Positions 5,887 through 13,375 of a stretch of DNA of 13,459 nucleotides are shown here, one piece after another. The stretch lies in UHGV virus genome UHGV-0077154; one strand, written 5' to 3'. Below the pieces are notes generated by a model. The model did not search any database and was not told the DNA's origin. It was given only the letters and a program-made list of their open reading frames with translations. The position numbers and the translations under genes were made by a program. This stretch comes from a virus. Position 1 is the first letter of the stretch. Each line of letters begins with the position of its first letter.

Positions 5887-6347
5887 GCGTTGAACTGACC
5901 GCAGATGAAGAACAAAAGCTATCTCGCCTTTTCTCCGTCCTGGAGAAACCGACATATAAATCCCGATCCAAACCTTCCGATCCGGAAACACAACGCAAAG
6001 CCCGTTTATTGCTTAATCGTGGATTTTCACCGCATATTGTCGCTAATACCCTAGATCTGCCGTTCGCTGAAGTCTGGCGGCTCGCACGTCAAAAACAAGC
6101 GGTGACCTGGGCGATGATGACACCGACAGCCCGGACAGAATTTGTCCGTGAAATGTGGTCACATCGGATGCACCCGGAACAGATCCGCAAGCGTTGCGAT
6201 GGTCTGTCATACGTCAGTCTGAGATATTACCTGCATAACGCCGGGATCACTGACGCTGAAATGTTGGGTTACTACCCAGACGTGTTCGTGAATATCTGCA
6301 AGCTGCCGACAGTGAAGAAGAAGCGCACTAAGTGTAAGGCCCGTTAG
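5871..6347 (+). CDS. 158-aa protein with two HTH-like segments and a basic C-terminus (regulator or packaging-specificity factor?)
   Basis: TTG start has a GGAGGA SD (5860-5865) 5 nt upstream and overlaps the previous gene by 16 nt. Candidate HTH segments are GFSPHIVANTLDLPFAEVWRLARQ and MHPEQIRKRCDGLSYVSLRYYLHNAG. The tail is KKKRTKCKAR. Confidence 0.7.
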   Translation: MCEHVSVELTADEEQKLSRLFSVLEKPTYKSRSKPSDPETQRKARLLLNRGFSPHIVANTLDLPFAEVWRLARQKQAVTWAMMTPTARTEFVREMWSHRMHPEQIRKRCDGLSYVSLRYYLHNAGITDAEMLGYYPDVFVNICKLPTVKKKRTKCKAR

Positions 6348-6414
6348 GGTGAACGTTAACGTTCATCACTTTGTGACCGGATCGCCAATCCAAATAATCC
6401 CACATCGGGAGCCA

Positions 6415-6531
6415 ATGAACTTTGAAGCAATCCTTTCTTACCTGCCCGTTGTCTGGCTGGCGTATCGCTGCGTCCGTGATGGGCTGATCCTACTTTGGAG
6501 ACACCATAAAAATGACATTGAACAGCATTAA
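6415..6531 (+). CDS. Possible 38-aa single-TM peptide (uncertain)
   Basis: Internal ATG 6415 follows GGGAG (6407-6411). The product MNFEAILSYLPVVWLAYRCVRDGLILLW is hydrophobic. It fills the gap between two coupled genes and overlaps the next start by 20 nt. The track's longer GTG-6349 version has no SD. Confidence 0.3.
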   Translation: MNFEAILSYLPVVWLAYRCVRDGLILLWRHHKNDIEQH

Positions 6532-6892
6532 AAATGCTCTGTTTGCCGCTATGCACGGCATGACACCGGAGGAATACGAACTCCAAAAGGCGCGGGACAA
6601 TCTCAAGAGCGTCACCGATAACTTTCTGGATCAACATCCGGAGTTGCTCAAATCAGCCTCGTCTGACACCCCCACGGATAAACGGGGCGAAGCCCTCTCG
6701 CCAATGCGAGACACCTTTGGTGCTGAACAACGGATTAAAAAATCTTTGGGCGCTGATAGCCGTCCGGCGGTAAGTCATACCGCTGATCACATCGATCCTG
6801 AAATGCTGGCGAAAGCTAAAGCAGCGGCTGCTGCTCTCGCAAAATCTGACCCTGATCGTTACGGCAATATCATCAAGCAGCAGGGGGTGTGA
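6512..6892 (+). CDS. 126-aa acidic/Ala-rich protein of unknown function, translationally coupled to the 715-aa gene
   Basis: GGAGA (6497-6501) lies upstream of the ATG. The stop TGA (6890-6892) overlaps the ATG at 6892 (TGATG). The sequence looks largely helical or disordered. Confidence 0.7.
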   Translation: MTLNSIKNALFAAMHGMTPEEYELQKARDNLKSVTDNFLDQHPELLKSASSDTPTDKRGEALSPMRDTFGAEQRIKKSLGADSRPAVSHTADHIDPEMLAKAKAAAAALAKSDPDRYGNIIKQQGV

Positions 6893-9036
6893 TGGCGAAT
6901 GGCAATATCATAGTGACTGAAACCGTAAACGAGGTGACATGGTCTGTCGATCGGACAGCCTTCGGTCGCGCCCTGAAAGCTGTTAAATCCATCAAGGCTG
7001 CTCATGAGAAACCAGCTAAGGCGCTTGAGAAGGCCCAGAAGCGGACCGTCCAGAGTGAAGGCAAAGCCGCACTAGCAGCAGCGAAAGCCCAGACAGCGAA
7101 GCTACGCCAGGCTGAACAATTGTCTAAACAGCAACAGAAACAAGCTCAGATACAAGCCAAAATGGAGCGGGACGCAGTAGCCCACGCCAATAAAATGACC
7201 TCATTACAGGCGCGTCAGTTATCCCAACAGGAACAGGCAGCACGTCAGAATGCCCGTTTAGCAGCAATATCTGAAAAGGTGAGACAGGCGAGTCGCTCCC
7301 GCGCGATGACCTACACCCCAAACATGGGCGGTCAACATTACGATCCTGGTCTTGTTTCCCGTCAGACTGACGCAATGAACCGTGGTCACGGCGCTGTTGC
7401 TGCCGACATCGCAGCCACCAAAAAGGCGATGGCCCTGGAGGAGAAGCGCCAGCGTGAGAAAGAGGCAGGACTTAAGCGTGAGGTGACTTATTACAACAGT
7501 TTGCGCCGTAGCGCTTTGACTCTGGCAAACGTGAACGGCGCTGACGTTGCAACCCGTTATAAAGCGATCAGTGCAGCAAAAGAGGCACTCAAAGCCCAGA
7601 AAGAAGAGCGTTATACGGTCGAAGAGACCCGTTTCGAAATGGCCCGTATCACTACAGAATTACGCAAGCAGGCTCGTCTGCAACAACGTATTACCCGTGA
7701 GCAGAAAGCCGCAGGTGTTCGTGCTGGTCGTGTACGCACAGAAAGCCGTGGTGGAAGTGTAGGTCTGGCTGCCGCTGGTGTTGTTGGTGGTGCGGCGTTA
7801 GTAGGTAGTATGGGCGTTTCTCGTGTTGGTCAGACCCTTCAGGGAAGCCTTGAGCGTTCTCGCGATGTGAAAAAACTCCAGCAGTATGGGATCAGCAACC
7901 TTGAGTTCGCAGCACTTCAGGATCTATCAATGAGCCGTGTTGGTTACTCACTGAGTGCTGACAAGCTGGCTGACCTCAACAAGGACACAACCGAAAAGGC
8001 CGGGGAATTGCTGAATACTGGCTCTTTCAAACGTAACAAGAAAACTGGACAGGTGAATTTCAGCGGCGGTGGTGAGTTTGCAGATATCATCAATAACGTA
8101 CTGACCTCCACCAACGGCAACCAGAAGGTAGCCCAAAAGGTGATCGGGGAACTGCAAAAACTGGATTTTCCAACATTTATCACTTATCTAAAGCAATTAC
8201 AGAAAACTTTCGGCTGGACTGATCGACAGGTGCGACACCTGGCCGAGGCTGTGAATGATGGTTCGGTCTTCCTCGAAGTGTTCAATGATGAGGGGCAGGG
8301 ACTTATCCAGCGTATGAATCAACTCGCTTCTGAAGGATGGACCCTATCTGATGCACAGCAGGCCAACCTTGATAAGCTGGCAGCTTTGGGTGCTGAGTAC
8401 AGTCGCGTGCAGATGTCGCTTGCTGACCACTTCAGCGCCAGCTTCGTGCAGGGTCTGGGAGAATATGCAGCTAATACTGACACTCTACGTCAGAAGATGA
8501 CTGGACTGATCCCAATTTCCGATGCTCTCGGCGTTGCCCTTGGTGAGCTAACCACCAACATTCTCTCCTTCGCTGGTCGAGTCGGTGAAGAACTCAAGAA
8601 AGGCGCGACACTGCCGGATGCAGTCTACAACACCGTAGTGGATGACTCTGCAAATAGCACCGCCGATTGGATTAAGGAAAAGACCGGATTTGATCCACGC
8701 AGCATCGGTCAGACGCTCAAACAGATTTACCCGTGGCTGGATAGTTTCGCTCCGAGCAATATCGGCTCAGGCACGGCGTATAACGATCCAGCGCTAGCGT
8801 TGAATGTTCCTGGTTTCAACTCAATACAACCCCAGCAACCAACGTTTACGATTCCGACAATTGACAGCATGACGCAGCGACAGCCGATTCCTGTTGCGGT
8901 CACTGGCGAAGCTGAGATTAAACTCTCACCGCTTGATATTAACGTGAATGACGGCGCTATTAACGGTTTGATTGATACAAAACTGAGGAGCTATGAGCAG
9001 GCACAGAACAACATGATCCTTGGTATTGCTCAATGA
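6892..9036 (+). CDS. 715-aa coiled-coil + glycine-zipper TM + tape-measure-like domain protein
   Basis: Roughly residues 30-290 are Q/A/K/R-rich heptad-like sequence. GGSVGLAAAGVVGGAALVGSMGV is a Gly-zipper hydrophobic segment. The next ~200 aa (LADLNKDTTEKAGELLNTGS...GGGEFADIINNV...LKQLQKTFGWTDRQVRHLAEAVNDGSVFLEVFNDEGQGL...LSDAQQANLDKL) resemble the conserved core of phage tail tape-measure proteins as I recall it. Confidence 0.8.
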   Translation: MANGNIIVTETVNEVTWSVDRTAFGRALKAVKSIKAAHEKPAKALEKAQKRTVQSEGKAALAAAKAQTAKLRQAEQLSKQQQKQAQIQAKMERDAVAHANKMTSLQARQLSQQEQAARQNARLAAISEKVRQASRSRAMTYTPNMGGQHYDPGLVSRQTDAMNRGHGAVAADIAATKKAMALEEKRQREKEAGLKREVTYYNSLRRSALTLANVNGADVATRYKAISAAKEALKAQKEERYTVEETRFEMARITTELRKQARLQQRITREQKAAGVRAGRVRTESRGGSVGLAAAGVVGGAALVGSMGVSRVGQTLQGSLERSRDVKKLQQYGISNLEFAALQDLSMSRVGYSLSADKLADLNKDTTEKAGELLNTGSFKRNKKTGQVNFSGGGEFADIINNVLTSTNGNQKVAQKVIGELQKLDFPTFITYLKQLQKTFGWTDRQVRHLAEAVNDGSVFLEVFNDEGQGLIQRMNQLASEGWTLSDAQQANLDKLAALGAEYSRVQMSLADHFSASFVQGLGEYAANTDTLRQKMTGLIPISDALGVALGELTTNILSFAGRVGEELKKGATLPDAVYNTVVDDSANSTADWIKEKTGFDPRSIGQTLKQIYPWLDSFAPSNIGSGTAYNDPALALNVPGFNSIQPQQPTFTIPTIDSMTQRQPIPVAVTGEAEIKLSPLDINVNDGAINGLIDTKLRSYEQAQNNMILGIAQ

Positions 9037-9132
9037 TGAAACAGAGGGTGGCGAATTCGTCGCCCCTATCTCAACACCACAATGCGTATGTATCAAATTT
9101 AGCGACAAATCAAATACTTTTCGTGAAATTTG

Positions 9133-9161
9133 TTGTAAATGATAATCATTCGTGTTAAAAT
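9133..9161 (+). promoter_or_regulatory. Candidate sigma70 promoter with extended -10, heading the capsid-gene leader
   Basis: -35 TTGTAA (9133-9138), 17-bp spacer, TGTTAAAAT (9153-9161; TGn + TAAAAT), inside an AT-rich stretch just after the 715-aa gene. Confidence 0.45.
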
Positions 9162-9511
9162 AATATACAAGGTGAATTACAACAGCCAAATGTTTTTCCC
9201 TTCTCCTTAGGAATCAAAGTGCGCTTTTCCCAGAGCGCCTTTTCTCATACAGCCAATATCCGCACCCTCTCACGGTAAGGTTAGGCCATTGCCGCTGGCT
9301 GTATCAGAAAAGCATCGCAGAGCGATTAGCCAGCAGGCTAACCCGTTCTCGTGTGTAGAAAATTTCCACCTAAGGTGGATTTGCCAAAAGTCCTGTCCTC
9401 CTCGGCGGGCTGTCAGCCGGACACTAACGGCATCAGGTGGCAACGTTTTTGGGTCTCCTTACCCATTCTTTGGAGCGTTGCCGCCTCCTCATTCCTACCA
9501 GTGAAATTCAC

Positions 9512-9542
9512 ACCGGACGACTCTCCGTCCGGTCACTTTTTT
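9512..9542 (+). terminator. Intrinsic terminator candidate t1 in the capsid leader
   Basis: Stem ACCGGACG (9512-9519) pairs with CGTCCGGT (9526-9533), loop ACTCTC. CAC follows, then a T6 run (9537-9542). Confidence 0.5.
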
Positions 9543-9557
9543 CATCGGAACAATTCT

Positions 9558-9610
9558 AAAGGCTGGCCCTGTCGCCGTTTACGGCTCAAGCAGGCGCTGG
9601 CCTTTTGTTT
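9558..9610 (+). terminator. Intrinsic terminator candidate t2 (long GC-rich compound hairpin + U-run) just before the capsid-gene RBS
   Basis: 9561-9571 pairs with 9591-9602 (one bulge, two G-U pairs), with an inner hairpin GCCG-TTTA-CGGC (9574-9585). AAA (9558-9560) can pair with the following T-run, and TTTTGTTT lies at 9603-9610. Confidence 0.55.
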
Positions 9611-9645
9611 ACATAGCTATGTGAAATTTAACGGGAGTTAATTAT

Positions 9646-9987
9646 ATGAAAATGGGAAGCCTTGAGCGCTCTTACAATGACGTGATCGCGTATGCAGCCG
9701 ATCCGAATTTTGACCGCAAGACTATTACTGTCGATCTAGCTGTAGAAGTCCAGCCGGGTAGTTGCATTACCAGCACTGGAGCTGCTTATGTCTCTGGTGA
9801 TGACTGCCTGCTGGTCCTGAGCCACCACAGGGCCGAAGATGCTGCTCATATCATCGTTGCTGATCGCGGGATTTACATCAAACAAGACACCATCACCGCT
9901 GTTATGGGCGCTACCGCTGGCGCTAATGCTATTGCCGCACTCACCAAAACGGGCGCAATCCGTACTAGCGCACCGGACGCAGAATAA
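9646..9987 (+). CDS. Head decoration protein, lambda gpD-like, 113 aa
   Basis: GGGAG SD (9633-9637) is 8 nt from the ATG. Size, position immediately upstream of the gpE-like gene, and the pattern ...GDDCLLVLSHHRAEDAAHIIVADRGIYIKQDTI...TGAIRTS parallel lambda gpD (...[31 protein letters not shown]...GTAISIV, from memory). Confidence 0.6.
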   Translation: MKMGSLERSYNDVIAYAADPNFDRKTITVDLAVEVQPGSCITSTGAAYVSGDDCLLVLSHHRAEDAAHIIVADRGIYIKQDTITAVMGATAGANAIAALTKTGAIRTSAPDAE

Positions 9988-10005
9988 TAATAAGGAGAAG
10001 ACAAC

Positions 10006-11040
10006 ATGGGACTATCAACCAATTTCAGCTACGCGGATTACACCAACACCTTTGTGAACATGGATGCAAAGAACACTTTGCTGTCCACGCTTAATGTTTT
10101 CAGTGATCGTCAGACTTCTGCAAGTCCGAAGGTGAGCCTCGATATCATTGATGAAGTCGCTCAGAAGGTGGCAAGCTCTGTTAATCGTTACGGTTCAGAG
10201 TGGTCAACCATTCCTAAGCGTAGCGCTAGCAATCACCTGATTGAAGCTCCACTTTATGCTTTTCAAGACCGGATTACAGCGGCAGACGTGCAACCATATC
10301 GCAAACCAGGCTCCGACCTGCAAATGTCTGTAATGGATGCGGTCACTTCTTCTGCTGTCGCAATGCACGATAAGTACATGCGTACTAAAGAGAAAATTTT
10401 CGCTGACGCACTCTTCCGAAATACTGTCGAAGCGACCTACACCCAGCAGCCGATCATTTCCTGGGAAGATGAATTTGGATACCAACAGGCAACCGGAACG
10501 ATCAAAACCAGCGTTAGCTCTGGTGACCCACTTCGCAGCCTCGATGATGCAGTAACCGCTGCTAAAGTGCGCATGGGGGGCCTGGCTGGTCAGCTTGATG
10601 GATTTATCCTGTTTGCAGGTAGCAATGTTTATCGCGGCATTAAGTATCACCCTGATGTTCGTCAGAATGTTCAGTTCGGTGTGCTTGATCGGGATGTTCT
10701 GTTTAATAAAGAAGTGCTTCCGGCATTCTCAACATTCATCATTGAAAATGTTCGAGTGGTGGAGGTCACGGATCAGGCACTTTACGGAATTGGTCCGGAT
10801 GAATCCTTCCTGGTTCCACGTTTCAGCCGCCCACTGTCCTCTGATATTGCTCTACCTTTCGGTTATGTAGCAACGGCTACCAGCCGCAATCTTGATCTGG
10901 CATTTGCTGATCCGGTTGATTTCCGTATCTGGAGCGTACAGGACAAGTTTAAGAACGTGGAGCTATTCGCGGAAAGCTCAATCTTGCCTGTGGTGTACCG
11001 TCCGGATTTCGTTACAAAACTGACGAACGACGCAGCGTAA
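10006..11040 (+). CDS. Major capsid protein, lambda gpE family-like, 344 aa
   Basis: AAGGAGAA SD. The length is close to lambda gpE (341 aa). It sits directly after a D-like gene. The C-terminal ...ESSILPVVYRPDFVTKL resembles gpE ...SAPLMLLADPDEFVSVQL (from memory). Confidence 0.75.
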   Translation: MGLSTNFSYADYTNTFVNMDAKNTLLSTLNVFSDRQTSASPKVSLDIIDEVAQKVASSVNRYGSEWSTIPKRSASNHLIEAPLYAFQDRITAADVQPYRKPGSDLQMSVMDAVTSSAVAMHDKYMRTKEKIFADALFRNTVEATYTQQPIISWEDEFGYQQATGTIKTSVSSGDPLRSLDDAVTAAKVRMGGLAGQLDGFILFAGSNVYRGIKYHPDVRQNVQFGVLDRDVLFNKEVLPAFSTFIIENVRVVEVTDQALYGIGPDESFLVPRFSRPLSSDIALPFGYVATATSRNLDLAFADPVDFRIWSVQDKFKNVELFAESSILPVVYRPDFVTKLTNDAA

Positions 11041-11121
11041 GACAGCGGATTTTGGGGCTGACTATTTGGCCCCACCGTGAAGAATGGCCTGAAAAGGCGA
11101 GGCAAAGAAGAGGTGATTACT

Positions 11122-11325
11122 ATGAAAATTCAATTTCAGACTAACAACGGCTTCCCGTTGCTGACAGTTGCAGACGAGCGCGTTTTAGATTTTCTGAACG
11201 TTAGCGCAGTGTGTCGGTTCCTGAAGGTTCCGCGTTCCTCGTTCATGATGGACGTTGAGCAATACGGGCTTGAAAAGGCAATCAGTGAAGCCCTGCTGAA
11301 GTTAAGAAAGAATAAAAATTGTTAA
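11122..11325 (+). CDS. 67-aa HTH protein (AlpA/excisionase-like DNA-binding protein?)
   Basis: ATG 11122 follows GAGGTG (11110-11115). LNVSAVCRFLKVPRSSFMMDVEQYG resembles the MerR-type/excisionase HTH pattern. The upstream GTG-11077 extension in the track lacks an SD. Confidence 0.55.
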   Translation: MKIQFQTNNGFPLLTVADERVLDFLNVSAVCRFLKVPRSSFMMDVEQYGLEKAISEALLKLRKNKNC

Positions 11326-11386
11326 TAATCAATCTGTTGGTATTTGTTGTCAAAAGAATCATTGTGTTTGTTTTTCGCGCATTTAC

Positions 11387-11415
11387 TTGACACTATGATG
11401 CAGATTGCGTAGGCT
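11387..11415 (+). promoter_or_regulatory. Candidate promoter of the two-gene cassette
   Basis: TTGACA (11387-11392), 17-bp spacer, TAGGCT (11410-11415). Confidence 0.4.
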
Positions 11416-11509
11416 GAACATAAAATAATTGACTATTCTATATTCAAACCGGACTTCAACTTGAGAATGCTTCGTTCCTACATCTCCCTTCAAGGGGTAG
11501 GAGGATTAT

Positions 11510-11719
11510 ATGAACTTTGATATGCGTACAAACCAAAATTGTGCATCTTTTTTTAACCCAGCAACCAAGGCGTTTGTCGTCGTCGATTCGTTTGACAACT
11601 ACGAGTTCGATGTTCGTGCTGGTACTTTATCACGCACTGAATTTGTAGGCACAATCACAGCTTCGAACGATGAAGAGTTGAACAAGAAATTAGCTGAGAT
11701 CACGGCTGCTCATATATGA
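11510..11719 (+). CDS. 69-aa protein, first gene of an overlapping pair (unknown; antitoxin-like position)
   Basis: Strong AGGAGG SD (11499-11504) lies 5 nt before the ATG. The stop overlaps the next start (ATGA at 11716-11719). The gene is AT-rich. Confidence 0.7.
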   Translation: MNFDMRTNQNCASFFNPATKAFVVVDSFDNYEFDVRAGTLSRTEFVGTITASNDEELNKKLAEITAAHI

Positions 11720-12090
11720 TAACTCAACAGCAAATTGATGATTTAGTTGCAGATATTAACGATATCTTAGAAGAAGATAGAGCTAGACTGAAGATGTCAT
11801 TTCATTTTGCTGTTGATAGACTCAATGATCAGCGTAACAAACCTCCAATCACGCTAGATGAATTGAGAGTGATTTTTACAAATTTCATTGAACAACACTT
11901 GCAGACCATTTTAGGCAAAGATGAGGGGTTCTCCTTCACTATTAAGTGCCAGAAATCAGGTATTGCTATACCTTGCGCCATAGAGCATGAACTTGAGATT
12001 GGTGCAACGTGGGTAGTACAGCAAGTGATCACCATCATGCGGAATCCGAACTTTAACCCATACCATGGTGATGTCATCTTCGAAATCTAA
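11716..12090 (+). CDS. 124-aa protein, second gene of the overlapping pair (unknown; toxin/effector-like position)
   Basis: Translationally coupled by the ATGA overlap and followed directly by a strong terminator. I recognise no motif. Confidence 0.7.
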   Translation: MITQQQIDDLVADINDILEEDRARLKMSFHFAVDRLNDQRNKPPITLDELRVIFTNFIEQHLQTILGKDEGFSFTIKCQKSGIAIPCAIEHELEIGATWVVQQVITIMRNPNFNPYHGDVIFEI

Positions 12091-12092
12091 GT

Positions 12093-12118
12093 AAAAAGGC
12101 GCAATAGCGCCTTTTTTT
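12093..12118. terminator. Bidirectional intrinsic terminator shared by the cassette and int
   Basis: AAAAA-GGCGC-AATA-GCGCC-TTTTTTT: a 5-bp GC stem (12098-12102 / 12107-12111) flanked by an A5 run and a T7 run. The int stop codon (12117-12119) lies in the T-run. Confidence 0.8.
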
Positions 12119-13313
12119 ACAAATCCGGATAACACGCCAACTCGACATACTCCGATAGTTCCTTCATCCCTGGCCCTTTGCTGTAGGTTCTGAATGCTTC
12201 GGTTTTCGCTTTTTGTTCGGTATGTCCAGTGATGGCTCCGATCCGTTGTTCTGGCACCCCTGCACGGTCTAAGCAGGTGATGAACATTCCCCGTAAGCTG
12301 TGAAAACATTGCCGATCTGTAGCGGTTGGCAATGTGCTGTCACGTAGCCGGGTAAACTTTTGGCTGTACCACGGACCCCGCTTACCATCCTTCCGAATGA
12401 TGTTATTAGACTGAGCCAGAAGATATTCACCGCTGTTATTTGCCAGATGCTTATCAACAATCCCCATCAGCAGCGAGTGGATCGGAACATACCGCACCCC
12501 GGCTACAGTCTTGGACTTGCTGACAAAGAAACATCTGACACCCTCCAACATTACAATTTCATCCCGCTTGATGCTGGCGATCTCATCAAGTCGCATTCCT
12601 GAATACAGCCCAATCAGTATGACATCGCGTAGAACGTCATCCGCTTCTCTGACAAGTGTTTGCAATTGTTCAGGTTCAAACGGCTGATAACTTTCTATCG
12701 TGCGACGTGCTTCGAGGTTATGACCGTGAAACGGGTTACTGTCGGGGATTGCGTCATATCGACGTTTGGCGAACTCGTACAGACTCCCTAAAGAGGTTAG
12801 CCAGTTTTGCACGGTCTGCGGTGCTGCCTTTTTCTGTTGGCCTTCAATGAAGTCTGTAACCGTTCTGCGTCCTATCTTGTTCAGACTAATATCAACTTTA
12901 CCGATACTCTGGAGAAATACTTCCACCGCTCGCGCGGATTTGCTGAGTGTGGAAAATGCCCGACGTTCACTATAAACCGTCATGTATTCATCACGGATGA
13001 CTGCCAACGTTGGGATAGGGGAGACTGCTACAGGCGTACTCTTGGCCTGTTTGATTGTGGTGTGGAGTGTGGTGATCGCATTCTGGATGCGAATGTCTTC
13101 CCGATCAGGATTCAACAGGGCTTTCAGATTGTTGAACTCAATCAACATGTGATTTCTGAAGTGACGAGCCTTAAGGATGTCTTTTGTCCCGGTGGATTTT
13201 CGCCAGGCTCGTTTGTTGTCAAACAGGTGACGCATGTACGCAGGTACAAAGACCTGAAAGATCCATACGCCCGAATGACTTTGAAAAAGATACTGATTGT
13301 TCTTGATAGACAT
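12117..13313 (-). CDS. int: Tyrosine recombinase / phage-type integrase, 398 aa
   Basis: Catalytic signature visible: ...YSGMRLDEI (Arg), HSLRGMF (His-x-x-Arg), ITGHTE (His), FRTYSKG (Tyr). It sits next to attR with its 5' end facing the tRNA-derived repeat. Confidence 0.95.
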   Translation of the reverse strand: MSIKNNQYLFQSHSGVWIFQVFVPAYMRHLFDNKRAWRKSTGTKDILKARHFRNHMLIEFNNLKALLNPDREDIRIQNAITTLHTTIKQAKSTPVAVSPIPTLAVIRDEYMTVYSERRAFSTLSKSARAVEVFLQSIGKVDISLNKIGRRTVTDFIEGQQKKAAPQTVQNWLTSLGSLYEFAKRRYDAIPDSNPFHGHNLEARRTIESYQPFEPEQLQTLVREADDVLRDVILIGLYSGMRLDEIASIKRDEIVMLEGVRCFFVSKSKTVAGVRYVPIHSLLMGIVDKHLANNSGEYLLAQSNNIIRKDGKRGPWYSQKFTRLRDSTLPTATDRQCFHSLRGMFITCLDRAGVPEQRIGAITGHTEQKAKTEAFRTYSKGPGMKELSEYVELACYPDL

Positions 13314-13375
13314 GATTTCGATCCTCTAAAATCACGCCATCAGGTACAGCCATATGTACAATGTCGGGATGGAGT

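Noticed and set aside
6731-6745. A-run (ATTAAAAAATCT) in the 126-aa gene as a G/GT-like programmed -1 frameshift site ahead of the tape-measure-like gene
   Set aside because: In the zero frame the codons are ATT AAA AAA TCT, which does not form an X XXY YYZ heptamer. No extended alternative-frame ORF follows in the six-frame track.
7124-8183. Several 69-83 aa ORFs on both strands inside the 715-aa gene
   Set aside because: They are shadow or out-of-frame ORFs in a long, well-supported coding region, and they have no independent start signals.
9044-9067. Hairpin AGGG(T)GGCGA-ATTCG-TCGCCCCCT after the 715-aa gene as an intrinsic terminator
   Set aside because: The stem is reasonable but no T-run follows (ATCTCAAC). 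At most it is an RNA-stabilising hairpin or a Rho-dependent site, so it is not listed as a terminator.
9289-9641. Two overlapping plus-strand ORFs (71 and 96 aa) in the capsid leader
   Set aside because: They have no SD and an R/P/S/C-rich composition. Their span is occupied by a palindrome, a long stem and two terminator hairpins, so the region is better explained as structured non-coding RNA.
10204-10650. 148-aa minus-strand ORF and the 10337-10870 plus-strand out-of-frame ORFs
   Set aside because: They are embedded in the gpE-like capsid gene. There is no SD, and the low-complexity composition is typical of out-of-frame translation.
11096-11103. GGCGAGGC, identical to the first 8 nt of the P2/P4 19-nt cohesive end (from memory)
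   Set aside because: The match stops after 8 nt, which is chance level for this window. It lies in the SD-proximal region of the 67-aa gene. A P2-type helper would also not fit the lambda-type D/E capsid genes.
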